DNA of 64,000 bases, taken from NCBI RefSeq assembly GCF_006345805.1, contig NC_042999.1:92752001-92816000 (forward strand), written 5' to 3'. Positions 52,237 through 64,000 of this stretch are shown here, piece after piece (positions within the stretch are counted from its first letter, which is position 1; each line of letters starts with the position of its first letter). Source of the DNA: Octopus sinensis. Taxonomy: Eukaryota. The notes below the pieces were generated by a model. It ran no database searches, was not told where the DNA came from, and worked only from the letters and a program-made list of their open reading frames with translations. The position numbers were made by a program, and so were the translations under genes.

Positions 52237-53229
52237 TGTATGTATGTATGTATGTATGTATGTATGTATGTATTTGTTCAGTGGTATCAGCGCCAGGCAG
52301 TGTTTAGGTATGAGGGATCTTTAGGTTAGTTAAAATATATTAGTTATATATTTCAAATTTTAAAGGTATGTTGATTACAGTCACCATGGAGAAGAAATTC
52401 TCTTTTCTTGTAAAAAGTATATAAACACCTACAAGCTAAAGTACATACATAAGTACATACATACATACATGCATACATACATACAAACGCGCCCTGTTGT
52501 TTATATTGAAATTCCAATGAAGAAGCCTTGGATCTACGTTAGAAACCGACTCTTTCTCTATTGGCAAGAAATCTTGAAATAAAACTGAACAATGACATAC
52601 TTACACTCACGCACACATGTAACGTTGTGTTTTAGAGATTTAATGTTTTAGCAAAGGTACTCCACATACATATTATTTCTGTTGTTTGCGAGCTCTTTGT
52701 TCAGTTGTTATCCTTGAATTTATCAATCTTCTATAGAAAGATTCCTGTTGCTAACTTGTCTTGCAGTTAGTTTTGTTAAATATTTACCATCATTCAATTT
52801 GGATTGTAAAATTCCCCTTCACCATTAGGATATTTCTTAACTGAAGATTTCCTTCAATTCTGTACCGTTGGCTTTATTTCTTTATAATATTTAAGATAGT
52901 TATATGTTTTTACATTTAAGGGTATTATATTCTCACCATTAGGTTTTTGCCTCTTATTCGCCTTCTTTATGAACATATTTTGCGATTCCAAGTCATCCCA
53001 GGGCTACTGCTAAATAGTTTTATGGTTTCCACTAAAGAACTTCATTGTTTCTTCTTGCTATAAAGCATTTAATTGTCTATAACCAGAAAGCGATTCTCTT
53101 TACTTGTCCATTATTATTATTGTTGTTGTTGTTGTTGTTGTTGCTGCTGCTGCTGTTGTTGCTGCTGTTGTTGTTGCTGTTATTATTGTTATTATTATTA
53201 TTGTTGTTGCTGTTATTAACAGCAGTGGA

Positions 53230-55478
53230 GGTGATAGTTGTAGTTGAATTTACTGTTGTTTGCATTGCTTTTGCTGTTGTTGTCACTATTCGTGTCGCTT
53301 TTTTCTTTGCTATGGCAAGATGCTTTTTAACGAGCTCCGAAGAATTTATATTACAACCTTGCTTTCCTTGAATGGAAATTATTTTGTTTCCTGATGATTT
53401 CACAAACGAATCCTAATGGCAAAGCCCGGAGAGGCGTTTTCTATTGCAGGGAATTCTTGAGGGCATGTTTTTAGTCATTCACTTTGTGTATTTTGTTCGT
53501 AAACCGTTAACAACGATGGCATCTACAACAGTAACGAACAGGAGCCCCTGAAAATGAACAACCTATCTTTTATAGTGATTGAGAAACAAACATAAAAAAT
53601 TAATATTAATAAATACATAAACGCACTGTTTTTTTTTTATATTATTGCCTTGGCAATTGCGAACACTGCCGTACAAAATGTGGGCAACATAGTTATTTTA
53701 ATGATATTGTTAAAAGTACAACAGCATTTGCACAGAGGCACACGTAGCATATGAAAATCTAAACAAAATAAAGACAATCGAAAGGTACGTACGATAGTGT
53801 TGCTAGTGTTGGAAGCGTAAGAGGAAATCTACAAATGATTAAAGTCGTACAAAAATCGCCTTGCAGACATATAGACATATATGAAGTGAGACTGTGCTTA
53901 CTTACCTAAGTATATCTAAGGAATGGTAAAGAAAATAAAATGGTTTCTGTGTATAGGGAAATATACCATCACCTTTCGAACAAGTGGCCGATCAATTTAG
54001 ATCAATCAAAAAATTTTCGATAGGGTTGACATGGATATTTGACTACTGTCTTCACGACAGCTGATCTTGGTCAAATTTATCTAACTTGATCGGCTGGTAT
54101 TTTAAAAACAGGGGTCGGATTGCTGCTATATACAAGGAAATCTACTGGTTGATCACATGACACTAAGCAGCCTATCAGAATCGTATACGTGCACGACATC
54201 AATGTCAAAGAGTCGGGTACCAAACACATCGGCACTGCTCTGAAAATTTGCAGGAGCCAAAATGACTGCAGTTTGGCAGTTTGACAGTCTGTTGAGGTGC
54301 TGGATCTAATTTCCTCAGGATCTGGAAGTGGACATGAGTATTCAATCTCTCTGAGAAATGTGACGAGAAGAAGCTAATTACGAAGAGTTGGATGGAGATG
54401 TCTAACGCCTATATTTTATTCATCTTTTGACATCGGTCTGACGATGATGCCCTGCGCCACTCCATTGCTGACGAGCTTGGAAAACTGGCTTTTTTGCTTC
54501 ATGTGAGGGAGATGGATTCCACTGGTCAGATAGTCTGTTTACTCTCAACATTTGCTGCGAAGAGAACTGAGATTGACAAATTAATGATGCGCACACATGC
54601 ACTGAGGCAACATCTCCAGTATTTCCTTGGTGGTGAGCAGATGTGACTGTCATTTGTCAGGCGCTCAGTCGGGCAGTGGAGTTGGTAAAGCTTCCACTAA
54701 GGCCTGCTATAGAGGAGTAGTAGCAGGCAAAAGCGATGACATCTCCGGAGTAACTCTGCGAACAGAGAAGTATGAATTAGCTAATCGTTTTCTGGAGGAA
54801 TTCCGGTCCTGAACCCATGAATAATTTCCAGCAGTCACTAACAGGAAATATTGCTAGTACACTACCCGTGCATTGCTGACTATGAAGTTATGTCGAAGTG
54901 CTAAAAAAGTATGAAGGAGTGATCCAACTTTTGGCCGGCTTCATCGTGAACACCATCTCGCTACTCCTCCTTCTCTGGGAAGGGCAGTCATTAATACTTT
55001 GCCTAGTATGAGTGGCAAAATATGTCTAGTGATGGATGAGATTGAAAGGACTTAAGACACACACTTCCCTTCTGTGTTAAGTTCAACTTGAAAACGAAGG
55101 TGATACTGGAGAGTGAATACTACTTTCCAAGTAAATTTAATTGAAGGTGGGTGGATGAGACAGGATAACCCGAGAGAGAGGGTTGAATCTTAGCTTGCGG
55201 CTGCAGGAAGAGAAAAACGGATGGGTTGGGGTTGTCCCCTTGTGGGGCTTATGATTATCAGAGTGAACTAAGATTGAAAGAGTTCTCTGGGTACCCATGT
55301 GCGGTACACATCTTGTTGAGTATTTTCTTGATAATGATTTCATCGTTAATTTAATTGTTTTATCGTTTACACGTGTATATATAAATCCTCTTTTTCCTTT
55401 GCAATGTGTTAAAAGTTTTTTGCGGTCCTTGCTGTTCTCAACAAAAATCAGGGATGAAGAAGCCAACACAACGACCTA
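53230..55478 (-). mobile_element. Old L1/Tx1-like ORF1/APE fragments
   Basis: LTHCKGKRG..VPHMG ORF1-like segment comparable to the 23.3 kb remnant; 5' end abuts (AAC)n. Weak. Confidence 0.35.
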
Positions 55479-56169
55479 GCCAACAACAACAGCAGCAACA
55501 ACAACAACAACACTAACAACAACGGCTTTTATCAATAATAGCAGCAGCGGTAAATTGAAAAAGAACAACAGATGCAACAGCAATAACAACACTAGCAACA
55601 ACAGCGACAGCAGCACAAATAAAGGCAGTTGCTGCAAAAAGAACGACAACAGTAACAACACTTGTATCAACAGCAAGGATGTCAGCAGCAACAAATCCTA
55701 CAAAAGCGGAACCAAATACCGCTGCTCAGAAAAACTGTAACCAAACTCTCTATCTGCCTGTCTGTCACTCTGTCTGTCTGTCACTCTGTCTGTCTGTCAC
55801 TCTGTCTGTCTCTCTTCGCACCTCTTTCGAACACAAATACACACATGGACACCTCCCGCCAACTTCACCTGCATCCCATCTCTACGACCTGTACATTTCA
55901 TTTTGCGAGGAAGAAGGACAACCACGAAAATATAAAACAGAAAATGACAATAGAATTTTTTATAAAGCGACATCCACTCTGAACGATCAACACAATTGAT
56001 CAAAATCACATCAAACAAAGACAACTCCGCCACCAACATCTCCCTTTAACAAAAAGAAAAACACACAACAACCCCTACCCTCACAAACTTTATGCTGATA
56101 AGTAGCGCGATTATGCATCTAATGTCCTATGATGTACAAAAGGAAAACATTAAAATTTAAATAGTAGGA

Positions 56170-57952
56170 AACGTCTTGAGGACCACCATTTTGATAGTGC
56201 TGCAAAAGTTGAAAATGATAAAGGTGAAATTGAAGAGGTACGAAATAATAGGCGAAAATTCTTCCCCGGTGACATGGGGGAGCCCCAGTGCAATGGCCAG
56301 CTTTAGGCTCCGAAATGTCTATTCAAGTGAGAACCAAAATTTTATTGAGTTCGAGTCATCCGTTCTCCGGATACATTAAATGCGTGTTTAATCTGCATCC
56401 TTTACTCCTCTTTTCTATCACTATGGTAGTTTTCTAGTGGAATGTATAAATGCACGTCTCCTGAATTACCATAAAAGCAAGCTGCTAGCTCATTGACCTC
56501 AGGTTGTTAGGTTTGAATGTCATAAGTATCTACAAGACAAGAATTTCTCAAACACATTTATTCGTACCAAATTTTGCCGATTATGAAATCTACGCATTTC
56601 TTGGTTGGAAAGTGGGCCATGCTATTTGGGAAATGCGTGGCTTTCGTAATATAGTCTATCTTTCTGAACTTGGAGGGTAAATTGGTCGTGCCGGACGTGA
56701 AACAGTAGGTAAGGTGGTGCCTTTAGAGCAGGCTAGGGAGGCCAGATTTCTTCAGGTCCTGAAGATTTTCTTGAAAATATATCGCTCTTTAGTGACAATG
56801 ATTGGAATAACATCTTGGAGGTGTACCTAAACCGTGTGGGCTTAGCTGAGAGGGAATGGAACTGTAAGGGCCTCGTAGCCCTGCTCAGTTGCTTCCAACC
56901 AGTTGGCTGTAATGGGGAGAATTTACCAAAGCTAGATGGTTTACCCTAAGCGCTTTATTTTCATATGGTAGAATAATTCACGGGTGATTTTAGCAGATGT
57001 CTACTGCAACAGTCACTAGTAAGGGAGAACTGCAATTCTTGCTAAAAGAGATGTGGTGGTGCTATTGAGAAAGGATCCGAGCATTATTTTAACAAGTTGA
57101 TGCCCGTAGCTCTAATAAATGCAGAGATGTACTGGTGAAGGTGATAGGTAAAAGGTGGGCATTTGTCACCTATACTCTTGTAGATAAGCACAGACGTGCC
57201 TCTTACTAAACTGATACGGCCACAATATCCACTTAAAATAAAACATCATAGAAGGGTAGGTAAAAAACCTGGTATCGGCTGGAGCCTTGATCTGGTATTT
57301 CCGGATCGTGATAGATTCTGGTTTATGCCGTCAGCCATGTCTGCCCCAGTATTTGAATATTGTTGACTTATGGAAGGAGATATGTTTAAAAGCTACTATC
57401 ACGGGTACGGTGAATCCATCTATTGACCGACTCGACGGTGAAAATTGTTACACCGCCTTTATTTGGTCCCTCTGTGTGCTGGCTATAGTGAAAGAGGTTG
57501 TAAGGTGGATACGAGAGAAAGGACTGGAGACATGCAGTTTCATTTTTAGCCAAGCCCTCATCGACTTTTCAAGCAGTTTGGAAAGAAAATAAGGGTGGAG
57601 AGGGATGTACTGTGTTTCTGATCCCGATTAAATATGCAAAATGGTGGGTGAATTGCAATAATGGCCTCAGTGACTGGATCTAATCTTATTTTGCTCCTTG
57701 TAGTTTGAAAATTATGAACGAGAAGGGATCACTTACAAATGTGTACTTGAGTAAGTAGAGACTCAAAATATTTGGAGTTCTTTAGTCGCTCCCGCATTGT
57801 GTTTGCCAACCCTACTACTGAGAAATCTCATTGTCATTATTCTCTTGTTAATTGTTGCTTGTTTTTTAACACGGTTTTATGTAAATCCCCATTATCTTTT
57901 GGCTCTGTAGTGTATAAAATGATTTTGTATCCCTTGTGGCCAATAAAAAAAA
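56170..57952 (+). mobile_element. Old L1/Tx1 LINE, RT-to-3' end
   Basis: C-terminus LAIVKEVVRWIREKGLETCSFIFSQALIDF is homologous to VAMAKECIWRTRLKGLKTNTFLSGQSL (49.6 kb); 3' end CCCTTGTGGCCAATAAAAA. Confidence 0.7.
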
Positions 57953-58917
57953 GGTATTATTATATTATTATAATTCTTGTTGTTGCTACAGCTGCTGTTG
58001 CAGCTCCTACTGTTGTCGTTGTCATTGTTACTGACGTCTGTTGTGCTGATTTTCAGTGAGTGCAAGCACGTCTTGCATATCTGTCGTTTTGATATTGTCA
58101 CGTTTATGAAACACTGTATAATGTTCTTTTTTATGTCATGTCATGTCATGGAAGCCTGTTTCCAAGGCATGCAAGTTCATTTAATTAATTCTCGACCCAT
58201 TAAAAAACAAAAATTGATCATTGTAAGGTTTTTTTTATACGGCCTGACATCGATGGATATTATCCTCTTCTTACGAAATTGCATGGTGTTTTAGTTGTAA
58301 TACTGTTATAAGATGCATGTTAAATTTAGGAAACTGATGTATCTTTTTAAAAAAGGAATTCTATTGAAAAGCTTCAATTTTCTTTGATTCATTCAATTCT
58401 TACTTGCAATATATCAAATATGAAAACAACTATTCCTGCGTGGATGGAAAAGAGAAATATAAGCATTAGGAATCTCGTTGTTCACGGAGTTGTTCAAGGA
58501 TTTAGCATGAGAAAATGTAGAGAATTGAGTGGTTTTCTGTAGTTACTGAGGCAAAATATATAGCAATAACCTTCACACTGAGATCTAAGTGCTATTCCTT
58601 GGCAGGAGAGTAATGCATAAATTGAAAGGGGATAGTTTCTTTCAAAATAAGTTGAAATTTCTTCCTTGAAAAGGCAGTCTTAAACGAAGGTGTGGAAAAA
58701 TTGTTTGAGTTAGGACTCATCTCCTTCCCGAAGGATTTATTCAGAAACAGGGTAAGAGAAAAGTCACCTATTTTTTGGTTTTTAATAAGGAAGCAATTCT
58801 TTCGGGGTTTTTGTGGGAGACGACAAGGAAAGATCTAGTAGATTTTTGGCTTAGCACTTTGCTTGCATAGAAAGATAAAGCTTACGGTACCGTCTATCTG
58901 ATCTTTAAGACAGAAGC

Positions 58918-59205
58918 AACATCACCACCATCATCACCACCATCATCACCACAACCACCACCACTATCACTACCATCACCGCCGTCGCCGCCACCACCAC
59001 CAGCATCCCACCGCCGCCGTCACCGCCGCCGCCGATACTGCCGCCGCCGATACTGCCGCCGCCGCCACCACCACCACCACCACCGCAACCGCCGCCACCA
59101 GCAGCGCCACCACCAGCAGCAGCATCACCACCACCACCACCACCACAACAACAACAACAGCAATAACAATAACAACAACAACAATAACTACAACAACCAT
59201 CACCT
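58918..59205. repeat. (CAC/GCC/AAC) compound triplet repeat
   Basis: Direct repeat. Confidence 0.9.
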
Positions 59206-59600
59206 AGAACAGCAACTACAATATCACCAATTCCTTAAGATTTTGTTACGAGTAGAAGGGAGACAAGTAATAGTTTCAAATTGCCGAGTAGAGCGTTCGA
59301 GACACAGATCCTCTCTTGCCCTTACCATCCGAAAGAAAGTGACAGGACTATGAAAACCGTGTTGTTTTCTGATCTCATCTAGGTGAACAATTATTTTGTG
59401 TTTTCCTGTTAACTTATATTCTAAACCCATAGATTTACCTTATTACCAGTGTTTATCATGATCGAAATTCAGATTCTCACGCGCACACTCACACGCATAC
59501 ACACACATTTATTTATAACACACATTCATATACAAACACCTACGCATATCCATATATATTGTTCCGCAGTCGTACTGTATACTACATGCTTTTAATTTAC

Positions 59601-59864
59601 ACAGCTCGGTGTGCTTAGTATATATGCAATATAATGCTTTAATTTCGTTACATTTAATGCATTAAAATTGTTCCACGTAATATGTGCCCAGTGACTGGCA
59701 ATAATATTATCTGTATGTAATACATGTTTGTACGTCCCGGTGGAATATTCTCTAATGTATTTCTTTGCATAAAGTTCGATCATTTCCAAAGCAACTCTAC
59801 TATAGGATTTGGATTTGTTTTCATGCTCTACTTGCGGGTTATCTCTATTTACTGACCTTTGTAT
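59601..59864 (-). other. Candidate host (pseudo)gene exon, 88 codons
   Basis: Stop-free non-repetitive frame bounded by TTATTCAG| and |GTAAAT; weak by-eye resemblance to a GT92/DUF23 glycosyltransferase C-terminus. Confidence 0.3.
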
Positions 59865-59941
59865 CTGAATAACCTATCTACTCTTGTTGTTCTTATTATT
59901 GTTATAAAGCCTTTTGCTCTCTAGCACTACCTTTATACTAA

Positions 59942-59983
59942 ATACATACATACATATATATACATATGTATACATACATATTT

Positions 59984-60014
<31 letters not shown>

Positions 60015-60121
60015 CTATGTATATATGTATATATATATATATGTATATATGTATATATATGTATATATGTATATATATATATGTATATATGTATATATAT
60101 ATGTATATATATATGTGTATA

Positions 60122-60167
<46 letters not shown>

Positions 60168-60495
60168 ATGTATATATATATGTATATATATGTATATATA
60201 TTGTATATATATATGTATATATATATGTATATATATATGTATATATATATGTATATATATGTATATATATATATGTATGTATATATGTATATATATAATG
60301 TATATATATATGTGTATATATATATATATGTATATATATGTATATATATGTATATATATATATGTATATATATGTATATATATATATATATTGTATATAT
60401 ATGTATATGTATATATGTATATATATATAGGTATATATATATATATATGTATACATACATATTATATATAATATATATATATTATATATATATAT
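59942..60495. repeat. About 550 bp (TA/TATG)n microsatellite
   Basis: Direct repeat; explains all YI/IY ORFs here. Confidence 0.97.
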
Positions 60496-60715
60496 TGGTG
60501 AGGATTCTCAAAAAGGAAAAAGAGGAAGACAGTTGGTGTAGACAACAAACAGATGTATTAGTGTAACGCTCGGGAAGTGAAAAAGTCTTTAACGTTTCAA
60601 GCCTACACTCTTTCACAGAAAGGAACACAGAAAGAAACAGGGAGAGAAAATAAAGAATGTGTAGTGGCTAGCGATCTATCATGGTGAATGCCGGACAGAG
60701 GGGTAACCAGAAAGT
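60496..60715 (-). mobile_element. Solo pLTR related to the 47.4 kb PLE pLTR
   Basis: Shares ACAAACAGATGTATTAGT.TAACGCTC, AAGTCTTT.ACGTTTC.AGCCTAC and GTGTAGTGGCTA with 47400-47550; ends at (TA)n. Confidence 0.85.
60587..60622 (-). ncRNA. Minimal hammerhead fold (A6U plus G8A)
   Basis: CTTT-CTGTGAA-A-GAGT-GTAG-GCTT-GAAAC-GT-T-AAAG. Confidence 0.6.
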
Positions 60716-60840
60716 ACAAAAAAAATTTAGAAACTATGAAAAGGAATCCACTGAAGCAACCTTTGGATTTACCATTCGAAAGTAGAGTCTAAGTGTTTAT
60801 CTGAAACGATGCTTTAAATGTTTCCTATCTTTCGATGTCA

Positions 60841-60873
<33 letters not shown>

Positions 60874-60915
60874 TGTGTATATATGTATGTATGTATGTAA
60901 GTATGTATGTATGTA

Positions 60916-61132
60916 CTCTTTACTCTCTTTTACTCTTTTACTTGTTTCAGTCATTTGACTGCGGCCATGCTGGAGCTTAGCCTTTAATCGAGCAACTTAT
61001 TCTTTGTAAGCCTAGTACTTATTCTATCGGTCTCTTTTGCCGAACCGCTAAGTGACAGGGACATAAACACACCAGCATCGGTTGTCAAGCAATGCTAGGG
61101 GGACAAACACAGACACACAATCATACACGCAC

Positions 61133-61205
<73 letters not shown>

Positions 61206-61382
61206 ATATACATATATACGACGGGCTTCTTTCAGTTTCCGTCTACCAAATCCACTCACAAGGCTTTGGTGGGCCCGAGGCTATAGTAGAAGACACTTAC
61301 GAAAGGTGTCACGCAGTGGGACTGAACCCGGAACCACGTGGTTAGTAAGCAAGCTACTTACCACACAGCCACTCCTGCGCCT
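60916..61382 (-). mobile_element. SINE family A, full length
   Basis: Head GGCGCAGGAGTGGCTGTGTGGTAAG, B box GGTTCAGTCCC, internal (TA)n, tail (GTAAAAGA)n. Confidence 0.93.
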
Positions 61383-61404
61383 ACATACGTTATCTTTTTT
61401 CCGA

Positions 61405-61692
61405 AGGCGCATGGCTTAATGGTTAGGGCGTTGCATTCCCGATTGCAGATCGTGGGTTCAATTCCCATACTGGACGTTGCGTTGTGTTCTTGAGCAAAAC
61501 ACGTCATTTCGCCTTGCTCTGCGATATTTCATCATCTAGCATATGGCCCACGGTGCACCTGTACAGATAATGTCGATTTGATGGAGGGTGTGAGCTTATA
61601 TGTACAGAAAATAGAAACACAAATTATTTGCGTGGTTGTTCGGCAAGAAATTGCCTAAACCCCATACGTCGTCTAACGCCGGGTGTGTCCAT
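61405..61692 (+). mobile_element. tRNA-derived SINE with family-C-like head and family-D-like tail
   Basis: GGCGCATGGCTTAATGGTTAG..GTGTTCTTGAGCAAAACAC; tail CGTCGTCTAACGCCGGGTGTG. Confidence 0.75.
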
Positions 61693-61704
61693 GATTTATT
61701 ATAT

Positions 61705-62120
61705 TTTACTTTTTTCAGTCCAGATTGCGTCCATGTTGGGCCATCACCTTGAAGATTTTTAGTCAAATGAATTGACACCAGTATTTATTTTTCTTTTATT
61801 AAGTCTTGTACTTCATCTATCGTCCTCCTTTGCCGAACCAATAATTTACGGGGGCTTAGAAGCAGCAACACCGGTTGTCAAGTGATAATGAGGGACAAAC
61901 ACAGGCACACTCAGATACAGCCAGACAAATACACAAATACACAAACACACACACACAAACGACGAGCTTCTTTCAGTTTCCGTTTAATAAATCCACTCAT
62001 AAAGCCTTGGTCGTCCCGAGGCTATAGAAGACACTTACCCAAGGTGTAACGCAGCAAGACTGATCATAAAACCATGTCGTTTTGGAAGCATCTTCTTGTC
62101 ACAGGGCTGCACCTCTGCCT
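61705..62120 (-). mobile_element. SINE family A, older copy
   Basis: GAGCTTCTTTCAGTTTCCG..AGACACTTACCCAAGG. Confidence 0.8.
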
Positions 62121-62127
62121 GTGTGCA

Positions 62128-62336
62128 TGTATATATGTACATGCATGTATACACACACACACAAAGATACACACACATGCACATACGCTCATACACACAC
62201 ATACACACACACACGCACACACACAGACACAGACACACACACACACATATATATTTATCTGATGAAGTATATATGTACATGCATGTATACACACACACAC
62301 ACACAAAGATACACACACATGCACATACGCTTATAC

Positions 62337-62369
<33 letters not shown>

Positions 62370-62409
62370 CAGACACAGACACAGACACAGACACAGACAC
62401 AGACACACA

Positions 62410-62496
<87 letters not shown>

Positions 62497-62506
62497 CTGA
62501 TGAAGT
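62128..62506. repeat. Duplicated compound CA/CAGA/TA microsatellite block
   Basis: Two units, each ending TATTTATCTGATGAAGT (about 62252 and 62490). Confidence 0.85.
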
Positions 62507-64000
62507 GCTACATCATGCTAGCCATTTATCGCTTCTTCTGAAGAGGATATAGAGACTTTGCTACACGGAAGTATCAAAATCCGTGCATATTGATACTTTT
62601 TCTTCGCTTTTGTGTATGCCTACAATAATGACTCAATATTGGAGTTCTCGGCCTCATAAGTATAGTTACTTCAACCAGTCATCGATCATCTGAAGCAGTT
62701 GAGTGGATGAGGCCTGATTACATCACATGATTTGTAGATACTACGTTTCATATCAATTCAATCTTTACGACAGTTATTGTTTGTCAGTGTTTCTTTTTCC
62801 TACCACTCTCAAACCGTCTTTCCTTACCGTCTTCTCGAGACTGCTTAACCTTGATAAAAAAAAGTTGGAGTTTAATATCTGAATTCATCTGAATACTACA
62901 TAGTGACTTTCCACTCTCTCTCTCTCTCTCTCTCCACAGACACACACACATTCACACACGCACACTACACACACAAGCATATACATGCAAACAGACACAC
63001 ACACACACACACACATATCCGCATTCACATACACACACATTCACATACACATACATTCACACACGCACACATGTACACACATCCAGACATACGCTCGCAC
63101 GTACACACACACATGTACTTATCTGTGAATGAGATGGACTGCTGCATAGTTACTCTCTACAAAATCCCACACACAAATCTAGCGACTCCGACTTAAGACA
63201 CGTATCCAATGCAGTAGAATCGAACCTAAAACCTGGGGGTTACTAAGCGATTTTCTTAACTACGTGGTTATAGCTGCGCTAAGCATAAATTACATTATTA
63301 GGGCATTAAAAAACAGAAAAATGGAAAGACAAGTATTTAATAATCGAGATGCTGAAACGCAAGCGAAGATTTAAATGTTTTTATTCAGATTCAAATGAGT
63401 AGTGTTTGTCATCATTTATCGAGTTATTAAATTATTTAAGCTAATTTATGGAAATAGATATCAATTTCGAAACGTAAAATTTTGTTTAGTTGAGTTACTG
63501 TTACAAATATTTTAAAATTTAAAAGGTACTACCAGCCACCCATGTGAAAATACGAACTCCTGACAAGAGGTACCCGCTCGATATCCTATTTCATCACTTA
63601 TCTTCAAGTGTCAGGGACATTTATGGAAAGTGGACTTACCTCATGATGATAACATGAATTATAGAATATCAAACTGCTTTGAGATGTGCTGTGTTTATCG
63701 AGGAAAACTTTTAATAGACATGAACTCTTCCTTATACATAGCTATATCCTCTTCACTCATAAAAGTTTAATTAATGCTTTGAAGTTTTCAACCACTTAAA
63801 ATTATTTTATGATATGTAAACAAAATGCTTTTTGAGTGCTTTCTTTGAAAACACGAAGTTCATATATCAAATATTTTCCATAGAAATTATTAATGCGTCT
63901 AAATGAAAAGCTTAATGACTTTCATGTTTCAAACACTTGCAATATATATATATATATATGCTATATTCTTCATTTAGGGTTTTCAATGTGGTTTGTAATA

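Noticed and set aside
59914-60566. Long ORFs rich in YI, HT, CV, poly-L or poly-N here and throughout the window
   Set aside because: Translations of stop-free microsatellites.

Overview
Repeat-saturated, AT-rich eukaryotic DNA, almost certainly animal. The tRNA-derived SINE families and dense TA/TATC/AAT/CA microsatellites suggest a coleoid cephalopod (Octopus-like; inference). No intact host gene is recognisable, and most long ORFs in the track are microsatellite translations or antisense frames of transposons. Decayed mobile elements dominate: a near-complete Neptune-type Penelope-like element (PLE) at 43.6-47.5 kb (-), plus several solo PLE pseudo-LTRs carrying minimal hammerhead-ribozyme folds with non-canonical cores; a CR1/L2-group LINE with a tandem-CCCH ORF1 and an in-frame deletion of the whole RT; several L1/Tx1 LINEs abutting microsatellites; RTE and CR1 fragments; a Helitron PIF1 helicase; Tc1, mariner and maT transposons; and about 25 SINEs. 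The best leads are the A6U/U4C hammerhead variants, a putative retained PLE intron, the RT-less CCCH LINE, four fold-back structures (10.6-11.4, 20.1-20.3, 42.6-42.9 and 50.3-52.2 kb), and two phase-compatible minus-strand orphan exons near 59.6 and 63.7 kb. All analysis was by eye, so boundaries of old elements are approximate.
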